Of a DNA stretch of 64,000 nucleotides, positions 35,451-48,042 are shown piece by piece (within the stretch, counting starts at the first letter, position 1; the number at the start of each line of letters is the position of its first letter). Origin of the DNA: Phyllobates terribilis (lineage: Eukaryota); NCBI RefSeq assembly GCF_046119375.1, contig NW_027362762.1:154318001-154382000 (forward strand), written 5' to 3'. A program made the translations under genes and the position numbers. The notes under the pieces were generated by a model, which had not been told where the DNA came from, searched no databases, and saw nothing but the letters and a program-made list of their open reading frames with translations.

Positions 35451-36137
35451 GATTATGTGTGTGTGTGTGTAATATATATATATATATATATACACTGTAT
35501 TTAGAAATAGATATTCCTTTTTGTGTTGGTTATATAAATATTGTTGGTTAAGTACCACCGTCTCCTCATTGTCTGCGCTGTTGCATCTAAGTAACCTGCT
35601 TACATATGGGGGAGATGAGAGATGGCTCTTTTGTAAGGCCAGCCTAAAGGGAACCTGTCAAGTCAAAAAATGTCTGGTTTATCTGTATGTCAATAGTGTT
35701 CTAAAGCTGCCCGGCGCCTGCACTGAAATACCGGCTGCCAGGTGGAAATGAACTTTATTCCTCCCAGCAGCCTCCGGCTTTCAGTCATAGAGACACGGCT
35801 TCAGTCACAGCTCAGTACATAGTGAGCGACGTCTGTAACCACACCCTGGCACTGACTGACAGCCAGCTCAGCAGTGTATCTGTGCACTGCGTCTTTTTTG
35901 CGGGGAAACTCCTGTTTAATGTAGGAGAGTTTGTGTCCTCTGATCCACCAATGAGCTAATTCAATAACTCTACTTGATAATGGAAAAAGATATATATTTG
36001 TACCATGTTAGCCAGTAGATAGAAATCTACAAAATCTTCTATCTACTTTATAATAACATCTTACCTCCATTTTTAAGGTGCCTTCCTTGAATCAATGGTA
36101 TAATTGACTCAGACTATTTGATAAATAATAACATTTA

Positions 36138-37012
36138 GGCTGTGTTCACACGTTGCAGAAATGAAGCAGAAAATTTCTGCAGCATTTCTGCATCTCCCTG
36201 GCAGAAAAAAACGCATGCAGATTGTGCATGCGTTTTTCCTGCGGAATACATGCGGATTCACATGTGTTTCCGCATGTGGATTGACAAGCGCTTTCCAGGC
36301 GATTTTAGCATCACTTGGAAAGTGCTTGACAACTAGGTCACACTATATAAATCCATGCAACCGGCATGGATTTATATAGTGTGACCCGAGAGAGTGGTAA
36401 AAATAAAAAATAAATGTATACTTTACCCTCTGATGGCCCGCGCTGTCCTGCTCACTACGTTCTCCCTCGCCGGCAACTTTGAATTGAAAGACCTGCCAAC
36501 GTCAGCATCACGTGACCTGTCACATGACTCTGACGTCAGCGCAGGTCCTTCAACTCACTGCAAAGTGCCGGGAACCGAGCAGGAGCGCTGCGCAGGCCGA
36601 CAGAAGGTAAGTATACATTTATTTTTTATTTTTTTTCTTGTTTTTACAGCTTTTTTAATGGTACCTGGGTGTGGAGGAGACTCTCCTCCCCTCCACACCC
36701 GGGTACCATCCGCACATTAGAACGCGCCAATAGCGCAAGTACAAATGCAGTCTTGCGGAATTGGCGCGTTCTAATGCAAGTCAATGGCGGCGAAAACGCC
36801 ACGTTTACGCAAAATTAATTGACATGCTGCGGATTTTTGAGCGCAGAGTTTACGCTGCGGAAAAATCCGCATCATGGGCACAGCACATGCGGATTTCAAT
36901 TGGGGAACATTGCTGCCCTTCTACCATGCGTTTTTAATACGTTTCTGCGGCGTTTACGCAACTGCAAAAGCGCCGCGGAAACGCATTAAAAACGCATCGT
37001 GTGAACTCAGCC
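36138..37012. mobile_element. PIF/Harbinger-type MITE (875 bp)
   Basis: TIR GGCTGTGTTCACACG / inverse GGCTGAGTTCACACG; 3-bp TSD TTA on both sides. Confidence 0.88.
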
Positions 37013-37886
37013 TTACAGCTTTAAAACATAGATATTACCTTGCAGTTAGGTCCATGGCCTATAAAAACCATAACATTTTTACTTGGTTATTTTCTAACAC
37101 TGCTATGGGTCTGGACCACCATCGGCAAACTAGACTGTGGCATGTAGCCTAATGAATTCCTGATCCTCACCCTTAACCTCTGATCGGAGTTTTGGTCTTT
37201 TCTGCTTGGGAATTCCCAGTTTGCAGCCCCTGTACAATATCAAGTTTCTGATTGGCAGTTTGTCAGGTCACAGGAATAGCACAACTGATGACAGTTGTAT
37301 ATGTAGATGCAGTACTTTATTGTTTTCCTGATTGTATGTGTTACTGAATGTTATTGCTACATAAATTGCTGATTAATATAATTTTTTGCAAGAAGTATAG
37401 AAAACAAGCTCTCGCTACCTTGAAACTGTCAAGAAGCCAGCTAGCTGCTGATTGATGGGAAATTATAGTCTAACTATAGTTTATGTCCAGTGTTAATTCA
37501 CATCCAGCTCATTCACTCATGAATATCTGAAGGTTTTTAAGACTTGAACATCTACCATGTTTCAGGGTCTTTGCTTTATATCCGACCAAGGACGAAATCT
37601 ACATGGAATTGGTACAGTATATTCCCTTAATTTCTGCATTAGTTACTGTTATCCACTCCAGTTTCTTCCCATACTTTAAAAACATACCTAAAATAATTGA
37701 TCACCTATAACATTGACCAGAGAGTGTCAGAGACTGGAAAATTTCAAGTTATAAAAAAGAAAGACAAAGGCCAATATAATTTATGACTGTGTATGTGTGT
37801 ATATGTATATTATATAAAATATTGATAGGCAGCGGCTTTCACGACAGTGCGGTAATGAGGCAGTGACCCAAGATAGTTCAACTTAA

Positions 37887-39707
37887 CCCCTTAACAACTG
37901 TCGATACGCATTAAAATGACGGCCATTAAGGGGCCTTATTCCCTCATTGCTGTTTTAATACGGCAATCGGGAATAAGGCTGTAGCGCACCCCAGAGTCGG
38001 AAAATCTCCATGGTCTCAGCTACCGAGGGTAGCTGAGACCCTGGAGAACATGATTAGGGCCGGATTTTCCGGTCCCCGATCACAAAAAAAAAAACTGTGC
38101 CCACTGTTGCAATCATTTCTCTCTCTTCTGACATGATATACATTTTAGAGGAGAGAAAATGATGTCCCCCGAACCACCCCGGTACCTCTACCATCCCCCG
38201 ATCCTCAGTGTCATCTTCCTATAAAAAAAAGATCTGCTGGCCAGTACCTGGCAACAGTAGGGAATTTTTCCCATTGGTTCCTTTTGATCACTGTGATAGA
38301 CCCTATCACAGTGATCAAAAGCTAAAAATTATTAAATTATTAAATCAAATCCCATTTGTCACCCCCTTAGTAAAATAAAAATGATAAAATCATTTTTTTT
38401 TCATTCTTTGCCTTTAGGGGTAGGAGTAGGGTTAGGGTTGTGTTGGGGTTACGTTTGGGGTAAGGGTTGTGTTAGAGTTAGGCTGTGTGCCCATGATGCG
38501 TATTTAATGTGTTTTTGGTGCGGAGATTTCCGCAGCGTAAACACATGGTAAGCCTTCTGCCATGGTCATGCAATTCCGCACTTTCAATGCCCATGCTGCG
38601 GATTTTTCCACAGCGTTTATGCTGCGCTCAAAAATCCGCAGCATGTCCATTAATTTTGCGGAAGTGCTGCGTTTTCGCCGCCATTGACTTGCATTAGAAC
38701 ACGCCAATTCTGCAAGACTGCATCTGTACTTGCGTAATTGGCGCGTTCTAATGTGCGGAAGGTACCCGAGTGTGGCGAAGAGAAGACTATCCTCCAGACC
38801 CGGGTATCATAGAAACTGTAAAAAAAAAATAAAAAATAAAGATTATATTCACCTTCTGGCGGCCCGCGCTGCGCTCCTTCTCCTTTGCCGGCACATCGCG
38901 TTGGACTGTAGGACCTGCGGTGACGTCAGTCATGTGACTGTAGGTCCTTCAGTACAGGGCATCGCGATATCCCGGCAGCCAGGAACGAGCTCAGCAGCAC
39001 ACCCCGTGCCATCGGATGGTAAGTATCAAGGTTTATTTTTTTTATTTTAAACCATTCTAAAGGTCACACTATATAAATCCATGCTGTTTGCATGGATTTA
39101 TATAGTGTGACCTAGTTGTCACACTAGGTGTCACCTGATGAAGGTGGCCTTGTCCACCGAAACGCGTTGTGTGTTAATAAATCAGTTATTTTCATTTAAT
39201 TTTTATCCTGTTATTGGCACTCTGATACCGCTATTCACATTCACTAATTGTTTTTTCCCCCTCGTTGGGGTGCGGTAGAGCTGCCTCTATTTACCTGTTC
39301 ATCCACCTGTGGGATGAAGATAATTAAGTAGTCACTACCTTGGTTTCCAAGCTGTGCTGCCCTAACCCCTCCGGAACGCTGCCGGGAGTGGTGGTGAAGC
39401 TGGGCGTCCTTCTTAGCGGTAAGCGCAACTAACCTGATCACGTGACCCACTATCGCGAGATCAGGATCTGTGAACGCCACTGAAAGTAGATGACAGCCAC
39501 GAACGGAGCGGAGCTTGTGGAGCTTTACACTGGGGTTGTGCAGGGGTGCACAATTCCATAAGGTTAGTAGCCATTCCCACACCCTCCTGCAAATTTTAAT
39601 ACTGAGTCACCCATTACGCCCTGTTCTCTCTTCTTTTTTTTTTTACATAAAGAATTGTAAAGTTTGGCCTGGTCATTAAGGTCAAAATTGGCTCGGTCAG
39701 TAAGGGG
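37887..39707. mobile_element. Non-autonomous piggyBac-type element carrying a Harbinger-MITE fragment and a Penelope-like fragment
   Basis: TTAA|CCCCTTA..TAAGGGG|TTAA termini; 38481-39125 is an inverted homolog of ~36310-36910. Confidence 0.75.
39131..39172 (+). ncRNA. Minimal type-I hammerhead ribozyme-like motif
   Basis: CTGATGA 39135-39141; stem II GGTGG/CCACC; GAAAC-GC-GTT with palindrome AACGCGTT; stem I only 3 bp (CAC/GTG). Confidence 0.5.
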
Positions 39708-40199
39708 TTAAATGTCTTTATTTTACCAATTAACAAAAAGAATGTCAAAACGTTATCATCCAGTTCGCAGTCGGATCGTTCATATCAGTCCATTGCTGTG
39801 GCACCATTGTATAACTTATGAGTACGGTAATGGCTTTACTCTCTGGCTCTGGTCTGTGTTCATTCTCACATAGACAGCCATATACAGAGCCTCCTGCTCT
39901 GTTGCTTGCAGAGCGTCACTGACACACCAACCCTTACCTGAAAGTTTAAATGGGAATCGTGTACATGAGCCACTTCCAAGACCCGGACTGGAGGGAGAGA
40001 TCCGTCCCACTACCTTCCTATTGATCGCTCCAAAAATAAAAGTGAATGTCAGGTTTTCCTAAATCTGACTTGGTCAATTAGTTTGACCAAGTCCACACTC
40101 ACTTTTACGTTGCATTGTAACCACAGCTGCATCTGTAATTACAACGCTCTCCAGCGGGTTCAGTATGTTTCTATGCACATACTGGAGGACACATAACAA

Positions 40200-41450
40200 C
40201 CCTCCTATATGACTCCCCTCACTGCCTCAAATACCCCCCTTCTGTTAAAACTTGGGGGGTTGAACACTTGTTACCATAGAGGGTGCCCGTGACAGGGTAG
40301 CCGCATTTCTTTGTGACTTCGCAGCTCGATGTTCCACCGAAAAACTAAAGGTTTGTAATGATCAAAACCATCTGGTGACCCGAGCATTCCTCTTCTTGGC
40401 ATTTTTCATGCAGACCAGGGATAAATGATGCGCTACTAAACGGAACTGTTGCCCCAGTAAGTAATAACGTAGGGACTCCAAGGCCCATTTAATCACCAAG
40501 CCCTCCTTCTCCACTACGTTATAATTTTTCTCTGGCGGGGTAAGATTCCTACTCAAATAGGTGACTGGATGTTCTTCTCCGTTAACCTCCTGCGAATCGC
40601 TCCTAAGACTACTTCAGAGAGATCTGTTTGAACAATAAAACTGTTCCTAAAGTTGGGGCTGTCCGCACAGCCCCAACTTCATGGACTGGAATGCTTCCTC
40701 CACCTGAGGGTTCAACTGAACCATGACCGATTTTCTTTCCTTTAAAAGATCGGTCAAAGGTGCTGATCTCCCGGCTAAATTAGGTATAAATTGTCGGTAA
40801 TGCCCAATGATGCCGAGGAAAATACTCTTACCTGTTTTGTAGTAATAGGCCAGGGCCAGTTTTGAATGACCTTGATTTTGTTTATTTCTGAAAATTGAAT
40901 GAAGTGTCAAAATTTGACCTTCATCCAATGCCCTAAATTTTGACACTTCATTCAATTTTTGGAAATTGTTACTAAATCGTAGCGATCCATCTGGCGTTGG
41001 AATCAGTACAATGGGACTAGCCCACTCACTCCTGGACTCAATAACTCCTAGCTGGAGCATTTGTTTTACCTCAGCCACAATGGCTTGTTTCCTGTATGGT
41101 TTCGTAAGTACCCTTACCTGAGGCTTGGCGATAATTTCATGGTGGATCACATTTGTACGGCCCGGCAGTTCCGAGAATACGTCCATATTCTGCTGCACTG
41201 ATTTCCGAGTCTCCCATCTCTGCTGTTTAGAGATCGTTGCTGATCTTTACCTTATTCCAGGCTTCCTCCTGGGCTGGTGTCGGAGTCGCGTCGGTAACCA
41301 TACAGTACATCCCTGGTCTTTCCATGCTTTTACAGATTTACATGATATAGTTACTCGAGTTTTCTTTTCCCGGGCTGATATACCATGTAATTCATCTCCC
41401 CAACCTTTTTTCGGACTTCATATGGCCCTTGCCACTTGGCCATGAATTTA
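40200..41450 (-). mobile_element. Heavily deleted Gypsy pol remnant (RT N-terminus and RNase H pieces, PPT near 40232-40245)
   Basis: VFSELPGRT..SEWASPIVLIP; EKNYNVVEKEGLVIKWALESLRYYLLG; AGAAGGGGGGTATT-TGAG on the minus strand. Confidence 0.8.
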
Positions 41451-41522
41451 CTTTCTGCGGTGAGCACCAGGGGATGGGACATTAGCTAGAATGCTATTCC
41501 ACCCATTCTAGCTATTGTCTCA

Positions 41523-41562
41523 TCCTCTGATGAGGCCACTTTTGTGGTGAAACATGTTGGGG
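41523..41562 (+). ncRNA. Minimal type-I hammerhead ribozyme-like motif in a Penelope-like remnant
   Basis: CTGATGA 41527-41533; stem II GCCAC/GTGGT; GAAAC-AT-GTT with palindrome AACATGTT; stem I TCCT/GGGG. Confidence 0.5.
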
Positions 41563-42467
41563 AACATGTGCTTTAAAATAATTGTCCTATCTTGCAAAAT
41601 TGGGTTGACACCCCAGGGAGTCACCACTTGATACCCTAGTCAATCACCACTATACTTAATTGTAATCATATAGGCAGTATAGGGCCAAAATGTATAAATA
41701 TCTATGTACCCCGCTATTTTAAATAGTAATAAAAGTTACTTTTAGGGCTTGTTAGTGAGGTTATTTTGGGGGAGTTTTCCCAAAATGGTTTGAATATAAT
41801 TAAATATATATCCCTCCCAAGTTCACAATGTGGTCCCCTAATATGTATTTCAAACAGTCATTATAATGAAGCTGAGTATTTCCTATGTACTAAATGGAGG
41901 GAATAGCTAGAGACACAGGACATTTGTAATGCAAGGCTCCAGCCCCTAATTTAGCCCACTGTCCATGCACAAACAGCAATTTTTAAATAGTCCAATTTAG
42001 GCCGTTCTGGAAACCCAAGTCAGGGTCAAGCATATAAAAGCTGGGTTGCACAAAAGAAAGTTGTTCATATGTGGGGGCCTGCCTATGCTGGTTGTGATCT
42101 ATAATTCATTTCTCCTTTCCTCAGTGAAACAAGATAACTGTAGATGGAAAAGTTTAGGTATTTCTGTTATTTCTCCCATTTTGTTTTTTTACTTTTTTGC
42201 ATATTTGTGTGTCGTATTATTTTTACCTTTTTATATCTTTTCTTGTAAGCAATGTATTTTTATATTAAATCTTAAATCTTTAATAAGTTTGATCCTTGTA
42301 TGCTGTAAAGAATCAAATCCATAACCTTTCAGAGAGTGTGTGGCCTTTTTTATGTTTGTCAGACAGTAGGATATTTTCGGGACTGATCACCCTATGGGTT
42401 TGATGAATAGTGGCAGCATGTTGTGTAGCCGGGGTGTGTGGAATGTGTCAGGGTGTGATTTATGTCA

Positions 42468-42885
42468 CAGTGGTGGCGAACCTATGGCACGTGAGCCAGA
42501 GGGGGCACACCGAGCCCTCTCTGTGTGGGAACGCGCGCCACCTCCTCACCACTAGCTTGCCATCCCCCTCATCAGTAGCACCGCTCCAGTAGAAACTCTC
42601 CTGTGCATGCACGACGTTCCATCAGGCTGTGCGACGTCCCATCAGGCCGCTCGTGTGGTGAGGGTGGCGGCGCTAGTGCTGAGGGGCATGGCTCAGGAGA
42701 GTTTTGGTGGCGCTAGTGATAAGAAGATGGTGTGCATGCCCTCAGGTAGGACTGTGATATATGAAGACACCAAAGCAGCAGGGGAACGGGCAGAGGTGAA
42801 TAGTTTTTTTTTCTTTTAATGTGGGGCCATTATACTGTATGGAGCACTATGTAGGGCCATTATACTGTATGGAGCAACATGTGGG
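42468..42885 (+). mobile_element. hAT-type MITE fragment ending in 31-bp minisatellite units
   Basis: CAGTGGTGGCGAACCTATGGC terminus; GTGGGGCCATTATACTGTATGGAG units at 42820-42885. Confidence 0.45.
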
Positions 42886-42887
42886 GC

Positions 42888-44900
42888 TATTATTATTATC
42901 ATTATTATTATTAATTATTATAGCGCCATTTATTCCATGGCGCTTTACATGTGAAAAAGGGGTATACATAGCAAAAACAATTACAATAATCTTGAACAAA
43001 ACGTGACAGGGACTGGTACAGGAGGAGTGAGGACCCTGCCCGCGAGGGCTCACAATCTACAAGGGATGGGTGAGGATACAGTAGGTGAGGGTAGGGCTGG
43101 TCATGGAGCGGTATGGTAGAGCGATGGTTAATGCAGGTTATAGGCTTGTCGGAAGAGGTGGGTCTTCAGGTTCCTTTTGAAGGTTTCCACGGTCGGCGAG
43201 AGTCTGATATGTTGAAGTAGAGAGTTCCAGAGTAGGGGGATGCACGAGAGAAATCTTGTATGCGATTGTGGGAGGAGGAGATAACAGGGGAGTAGAGAAT
43301 AAGATCTTGTGAGGATCGGAGGTTGCGTGCGGGTATGTACCGGGAGACTAGGTCAGAGATATATGGAGGAGACAGGTTGTGAATGGCTTTGTATGCCATG
43401 GTTAGGGTTATGAACTGGAGTCTCTGGGCAATAGGGAGCCATTGAAGAGATTGACAGAGAGGAAAGGCTGAGAAATAGCGGGGGGGCAGGTGGATTAGTC
43501 GGGCAGCAGAGTTTAGGAAAGATTGGAGGGATGTGAGAGTGTTAGAAGGGAGGCCACAGAGCAGGAGGTTGCAGTAGTCGAGGCAGGAGATGATGAGGTC
43601 ATGCACTAGTGTTTTTGCAGATCCATGGTTGAACAATGTGTGGATCCGGGAGATATTTTTAAGTTGGAGTCGGCAGAAAGTGGAAAGGGCTTGGATATGT
43701 GGTTTGAAGGAGAGGTCAGAGTCCAGGGTTACCCCAAGGCAGCGAACTTGAGGGACTGGTGAGAGTGGACAGCCATTGACGTTGATAAAAATAGGTCAGT
43801 TGGGGGGGTTGAATGAGATGGCGGAAAGATGATGAATTCTGTTTTGTCCATGTTAAGTTTTAGAAATCTAGCAGAGAAGTAGGATGAAATAGTGGACAAA
43901 CATTTTGGGATTTTGGTTAGTAGGGAGGCGATATCGGGTCCAGAGAGGTAGATATGTGTGTCGTCGGCATAGAGGTTATAATGAAAACCATGAGACTCTA
44001 TGAGCTGTCCCAGGCCTAAGGTGTAGATGGAGAAGAGTAGGGGTCCTAGAACTGAACCTTAGGGGACACCGACAGATAGGGGGTGAGATGAGGAGATGGT
44101 GTGAGAGTGGGAGACACTGAATGTCAGGTCTGTTAAGTATGAGGAGATCCAGGATAGGGCCAAGTCTGTGATGCCGAGAGACGAGCGAGTCTGTAGTAAG
44201 AGGGAATAGTCCACTGTGTCGAAGGCAGATGACAGGTCCAGGAGGAGGAGGACAGAGTAGTGTTGCTTGGATTTGGCGGTTAGTAGGTCGTTGGTGACTT
44301 TAGTCAGTTTCAGTAGAATGATGCGGTTGGAAACCAGATTGTAGGCAGTCGAAGAGGGAGCAGGAGGAGAGGTGGGAGGACAATTTAGAATGGACGTGTT
44401 GTTCCAGTAGTTTTGAGGCATAGGGGAGAAGTGATATGGGGCGATAGCTAGTCAGCGAAGATGGGTCATGGGAGGGCTTTTTGAGGATGGGTGTGATCGA
44501 GGCATGTTTGCATTCCATAGAGCTCCTGTTAGAGGGACTGGGGAAGCGGGGGCTGGGCAGATGGGTATAAGGTTAGAAGGGCTACGAGAGTTTGGGATAG
44601 ATCGTGGGTAGGAGGTGGAAGTGATTGTAGGGATGTGGTGCGGAGGGCCAAGATTTGGAGAGATGTCACCGGCAGTGAGGAGGAGCAGTGAAAGTGTTAG
44701 TAGGTGGGAGCAGGAGAGGGCATGAGGTGGCTGTCTGTGTTTGGAGACACAGGATTGAAAGTTGAGGAATAGTTCTGAGGAGGAGGTGAGATGGGGAGGA
44801 TGGAGGGAGAGATGAATAGTTCATTACTAGGTGTAGGGAATAGGGGTGGTTGGAAAAGGTGAAGGATTAAGGGGATGAGAGTGAAAACAAAGACCAACAT
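42888..44900 (-). mobile_element. L2-clade LINE, decayed, endonuclease deleted, (AAT)n 3' tail
   Basis: KHASITPILKKP..YRPISLLP, LLLDLSSAFDTVD, GVPQGSVLGP, YADD, LDYCNLLLCGLP..LQWLPI; tail at 42888-42920. Confidence 0.92.
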
Positions 44901-45064
44901 TGTTTACTGTGACTTAGTATCCAGTTACCTTCAGTTCACTTTAGGTTCAATTCAGGATTAATTCATATTTTTTACACTTAAGCAATGGACACACTTAAGG
45001 TGATGGACACAGACTAAAATCTAATAGACTCCTAGTTCACAATATATTTGCTACAGAATGCATT

Positions 45065-46254
45065 TGTAGCACCCTGAGGATTCGGCTGCTACAGGGGTAT
45101 TGCACCTCAACCCAGAGGTGTGATATTCCACTCCCGGGTAAGGATGGAGTGTGGAACTGAGCTTGGTAGGCTGCATGCACTACACACATCCCATTTCCGA
45201 GGAGCGGACCGACGGTACTCCCACTTAGAAATGTGCAGGTACGACCGAGTCTGTTCCTGGCTGGAGTGGGAGGGGGGTGGTACATCCCAAGTAGTGTAGG
45301 GGCAGATAGGGGGAGCAGCCTGGGTAAAGATAGGAGCTCATTGGGTGCTGGTCACCTGAGCTCACACATAGAGGGTGTATAAAAGGAGGGCACCAACTAA
45401 GATCAGGGTCAGATGCAGAGAACAAGTCAGCAAGCAGAGGAGAAGAGAGACCCAGAGTGAGAGAGGAGAAGAGGGACCCAGAGGGGGAAACAGAAAAGAG
45501 GACTCCAAGAACCCAAATTAAATCCCCGGGTGAAGAGTCGGCACAGGGTACCGGATCCCAAACTGGCGGGGGCAGAAAACACACCCTAGCCAGAGACCGG
45601 AGGCCGTGGGCAGCATCTGCCACGGCCACCCATCACATCCACCCCGAAGGCACACCACATGAAGGGTCAGGGAACCCAAGGCCAAGGGTGTCCCAACAGA
45701 AGGCCCGAGGGAGCTGGACCTAGGTGGATCACTGGTGGGGACGGCCAGAGAACGGGACAGAAGGAGAGCTCAGGGCCACGCTCCGGACTTGTTTGGGGGT
45801 TGGCTGGATCCAGGACCTGGTGGACGCAGCACGGCTCGGGTGGTCACTCGAAGCTGGAGTGACCAGTACAACATCTGCAGTAAGTAAACACCCTTAACTG
45901 CACAACCCGACTCTATCTTCATTGCCGTCTGCACTGCACCACCACAACCCCCATCCTCTGCACCTGTCCCCCCTGAGGCTATACCCCTCCCGTTGGGGGT
46001 TATCCCACCAAGCTGCGCACCCACCATCAGCCTCAGCGGACCCTGCTGCAGCGGCGGCCACAGTGACCGCATCACAACGGGTGGCGTAGTCGACACAAAA
46101 GAACTCTTAATAACATCTGTAGGACTGCCACATAACACTGAGTTTGACGCCCTGGGCACGGGCCGGGTCACAGCCGCTCGGAGACTACAACCCCCCATCT
46201 GATCCGGTGCCGGGTATTCCCCTCAAAAAAGAATATGTCCCAGGGGGCGCGTCA
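45065..46254 (+). mobile_element. Solo LTR (1190 bp) related to the nested element's LTR
   Basis: TGTAGCACCC..GGCGCGTCA; TSD CATT at 45061-45064 and 46255-46258; U5 matches the reverse complement of 1699-1980. Confidence 0.92.
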
Positions 46255-46499
46255 CATTCAGCTGTGAACCAGAGGGGAGTGGTCTGTGCTCATCTTGACC
46301 AGCTGATTAAGGCTGAACCACATGCTGGATATTCAAAGGCTAAGTAAGCAAGATCATAAATGAAAGTGGGGGTAGCTAGTGTTACTTGAAAAACATACAA
46401 TTAGTATATGGGCAGAGATGTAGAGAGAAATCTGCATGGAAATCAGGATGGGAAGGCTGAGTCACGTACCATTAGTATATAGGGGCAGAGAGGTAGAGA

Positions 46500-47095
46500 G
46501 AAATCTGCATGGATCTGCATTATACTGTATGGAGCGCTATGTGGGGTCATTATACTGTTTGGCACACTATGTGGGGCCATTATGCTGTATGGAGGACTAT
46601 GTGGGGCCCATTATACTGTATAGAGAACTTTTTGTGCCTATTATACTGTATGGAGGACTGTGGGGATTATAATTGGAGAATCATACTGTGTTGGGGTCAC
46701 CATTCTTTGTCGATGAGCTTGAGGGGGGTACAGTAGGGTCATCATACTGTACGTGTGGAGGGTACTGTTGAGGAATTCACTGTGGAGGTATCATACTGTG
46801 TTTGGGGGCACTTTTGTTTGCATCACACTTCATTATCTATTTTATTCAAGGTTTTTTATTGTTTGTTATAATATATTTAAATTAGGCCATTGGACCATAT
46901 GCTTTTTCTGCTCTTACATAACATATTATATTATTCCAATATCATTCCAAAAGTTAATCGTTTGATAATCATAGAATAGCCAAGGAAAAACTTCCTCAAT
47001 TGTAGATATTTTTTTTAATAAATATCAAGGTTGGCCCGCCACTTTGTCCAAGCTTTTCATTTTGGCCCTCTGTGTATTTGAGTTTGACATCCCTG
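46500..47095. mobile_element. hAT MITE fragment with 31-bp minisatellite (one TIR retained)
   Basis: Ends GAGTTTGACATCCCTG, the inverse of the 48043 terminus; same minisatellite. Confidence 0.7.
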
Positions 47096-48042
47096 GTTTA
47101 AAGGGTTATTCTCATCATGATAAAGGGTTACAACTGCAAAGAGGTTGTAAAAAAAAAAAAAAAAAAATGTAAATTTTACTTTTGATTAAAAATACTCTCC
47201 ATTCTGATGAACAGACCTCCACTGCAATCGGAGGCTGGTATCTTAGGCTTGGAGTGCAGTGCTTACTCCAAGCTCTTTGCTATAGACTCTATAGCGCGCT
47301 AATGTATGAGTTGTTTTTTTAAACTAAAACCTCAGTATTCAGGTTAAATTACCGTGTTGGCAATAAATAAGTGGGTTTTGGATTGCAGTATAGGCACTCT
47401 GTCTCTAAAAGGTTCACCATCACTGGCCTAGAACAAAGGTTGAGTGTTGGATTGAGTGAGAGGAGATAAATTAACCCTTGCAGGCGCACCCTACATCACA
47501 TACTGAGAAGTGTGTATGTGATGAAGATGAAACACATAAATAAACCAGAGCACATGAAATATAGTAGTAAAATAGCACAATTTGCTGTCTGCTCAGCGCA
47601 GTCTTCCAGCATAAGCCTGCAGCTGTTGAATACTCCAATAAGAACCAATCATTGAGCATATCTGCTGCAACCGGCTTAAAGTGCTCATGCACCTTCAAAA
47701 ACTATCCATCAACTATCACTCCCAATTTCCCAATATACATGAATGCCCAATTTGACCGATCGTTCATATTCTCTCTATGGGGAGAGTAGAATAAGCCACT
47801 GAAAGACTCACCTGCCTACAGAACAAAAGGAAGAGCCAAAAATGTAAACTGCCAAATCCTTATCTGCCTCAGCAATTGGTTGAATTCAGGACGCCCCATA
47901 TATATTAGATAATCTGCATCGTCTGATTCCACCGGAATCAGTGGATTTCACAAACGAATGTGTTTGGAGGCCTTCAGTGTTTATCTAAATGACCAAAGAC
48001 CAACCAGAGGGTTAAAAAAAAAACATTTTAAAGGATCTAGGG

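Noticed and set aside
37547-37612. Possible micro-exon after TTTCAG (VFALYPTKDEIYMEL or GLCFISDQGRNLHGI)
   Set aside because: Too short to identify; the donor site is unconvincing.
38420-38480. TTAGGG-like tract as an interstitial telomere
   Set aside because: Short, degenerate and internal to a transposon.
42820-46660. A single minisatellite MITE split by the L2 and the solo LTR
   Set aside because: The candidate termini (42468 and 47095) are not inverse copies of each other, and unrelated sequence intervenes at 46259-46500.
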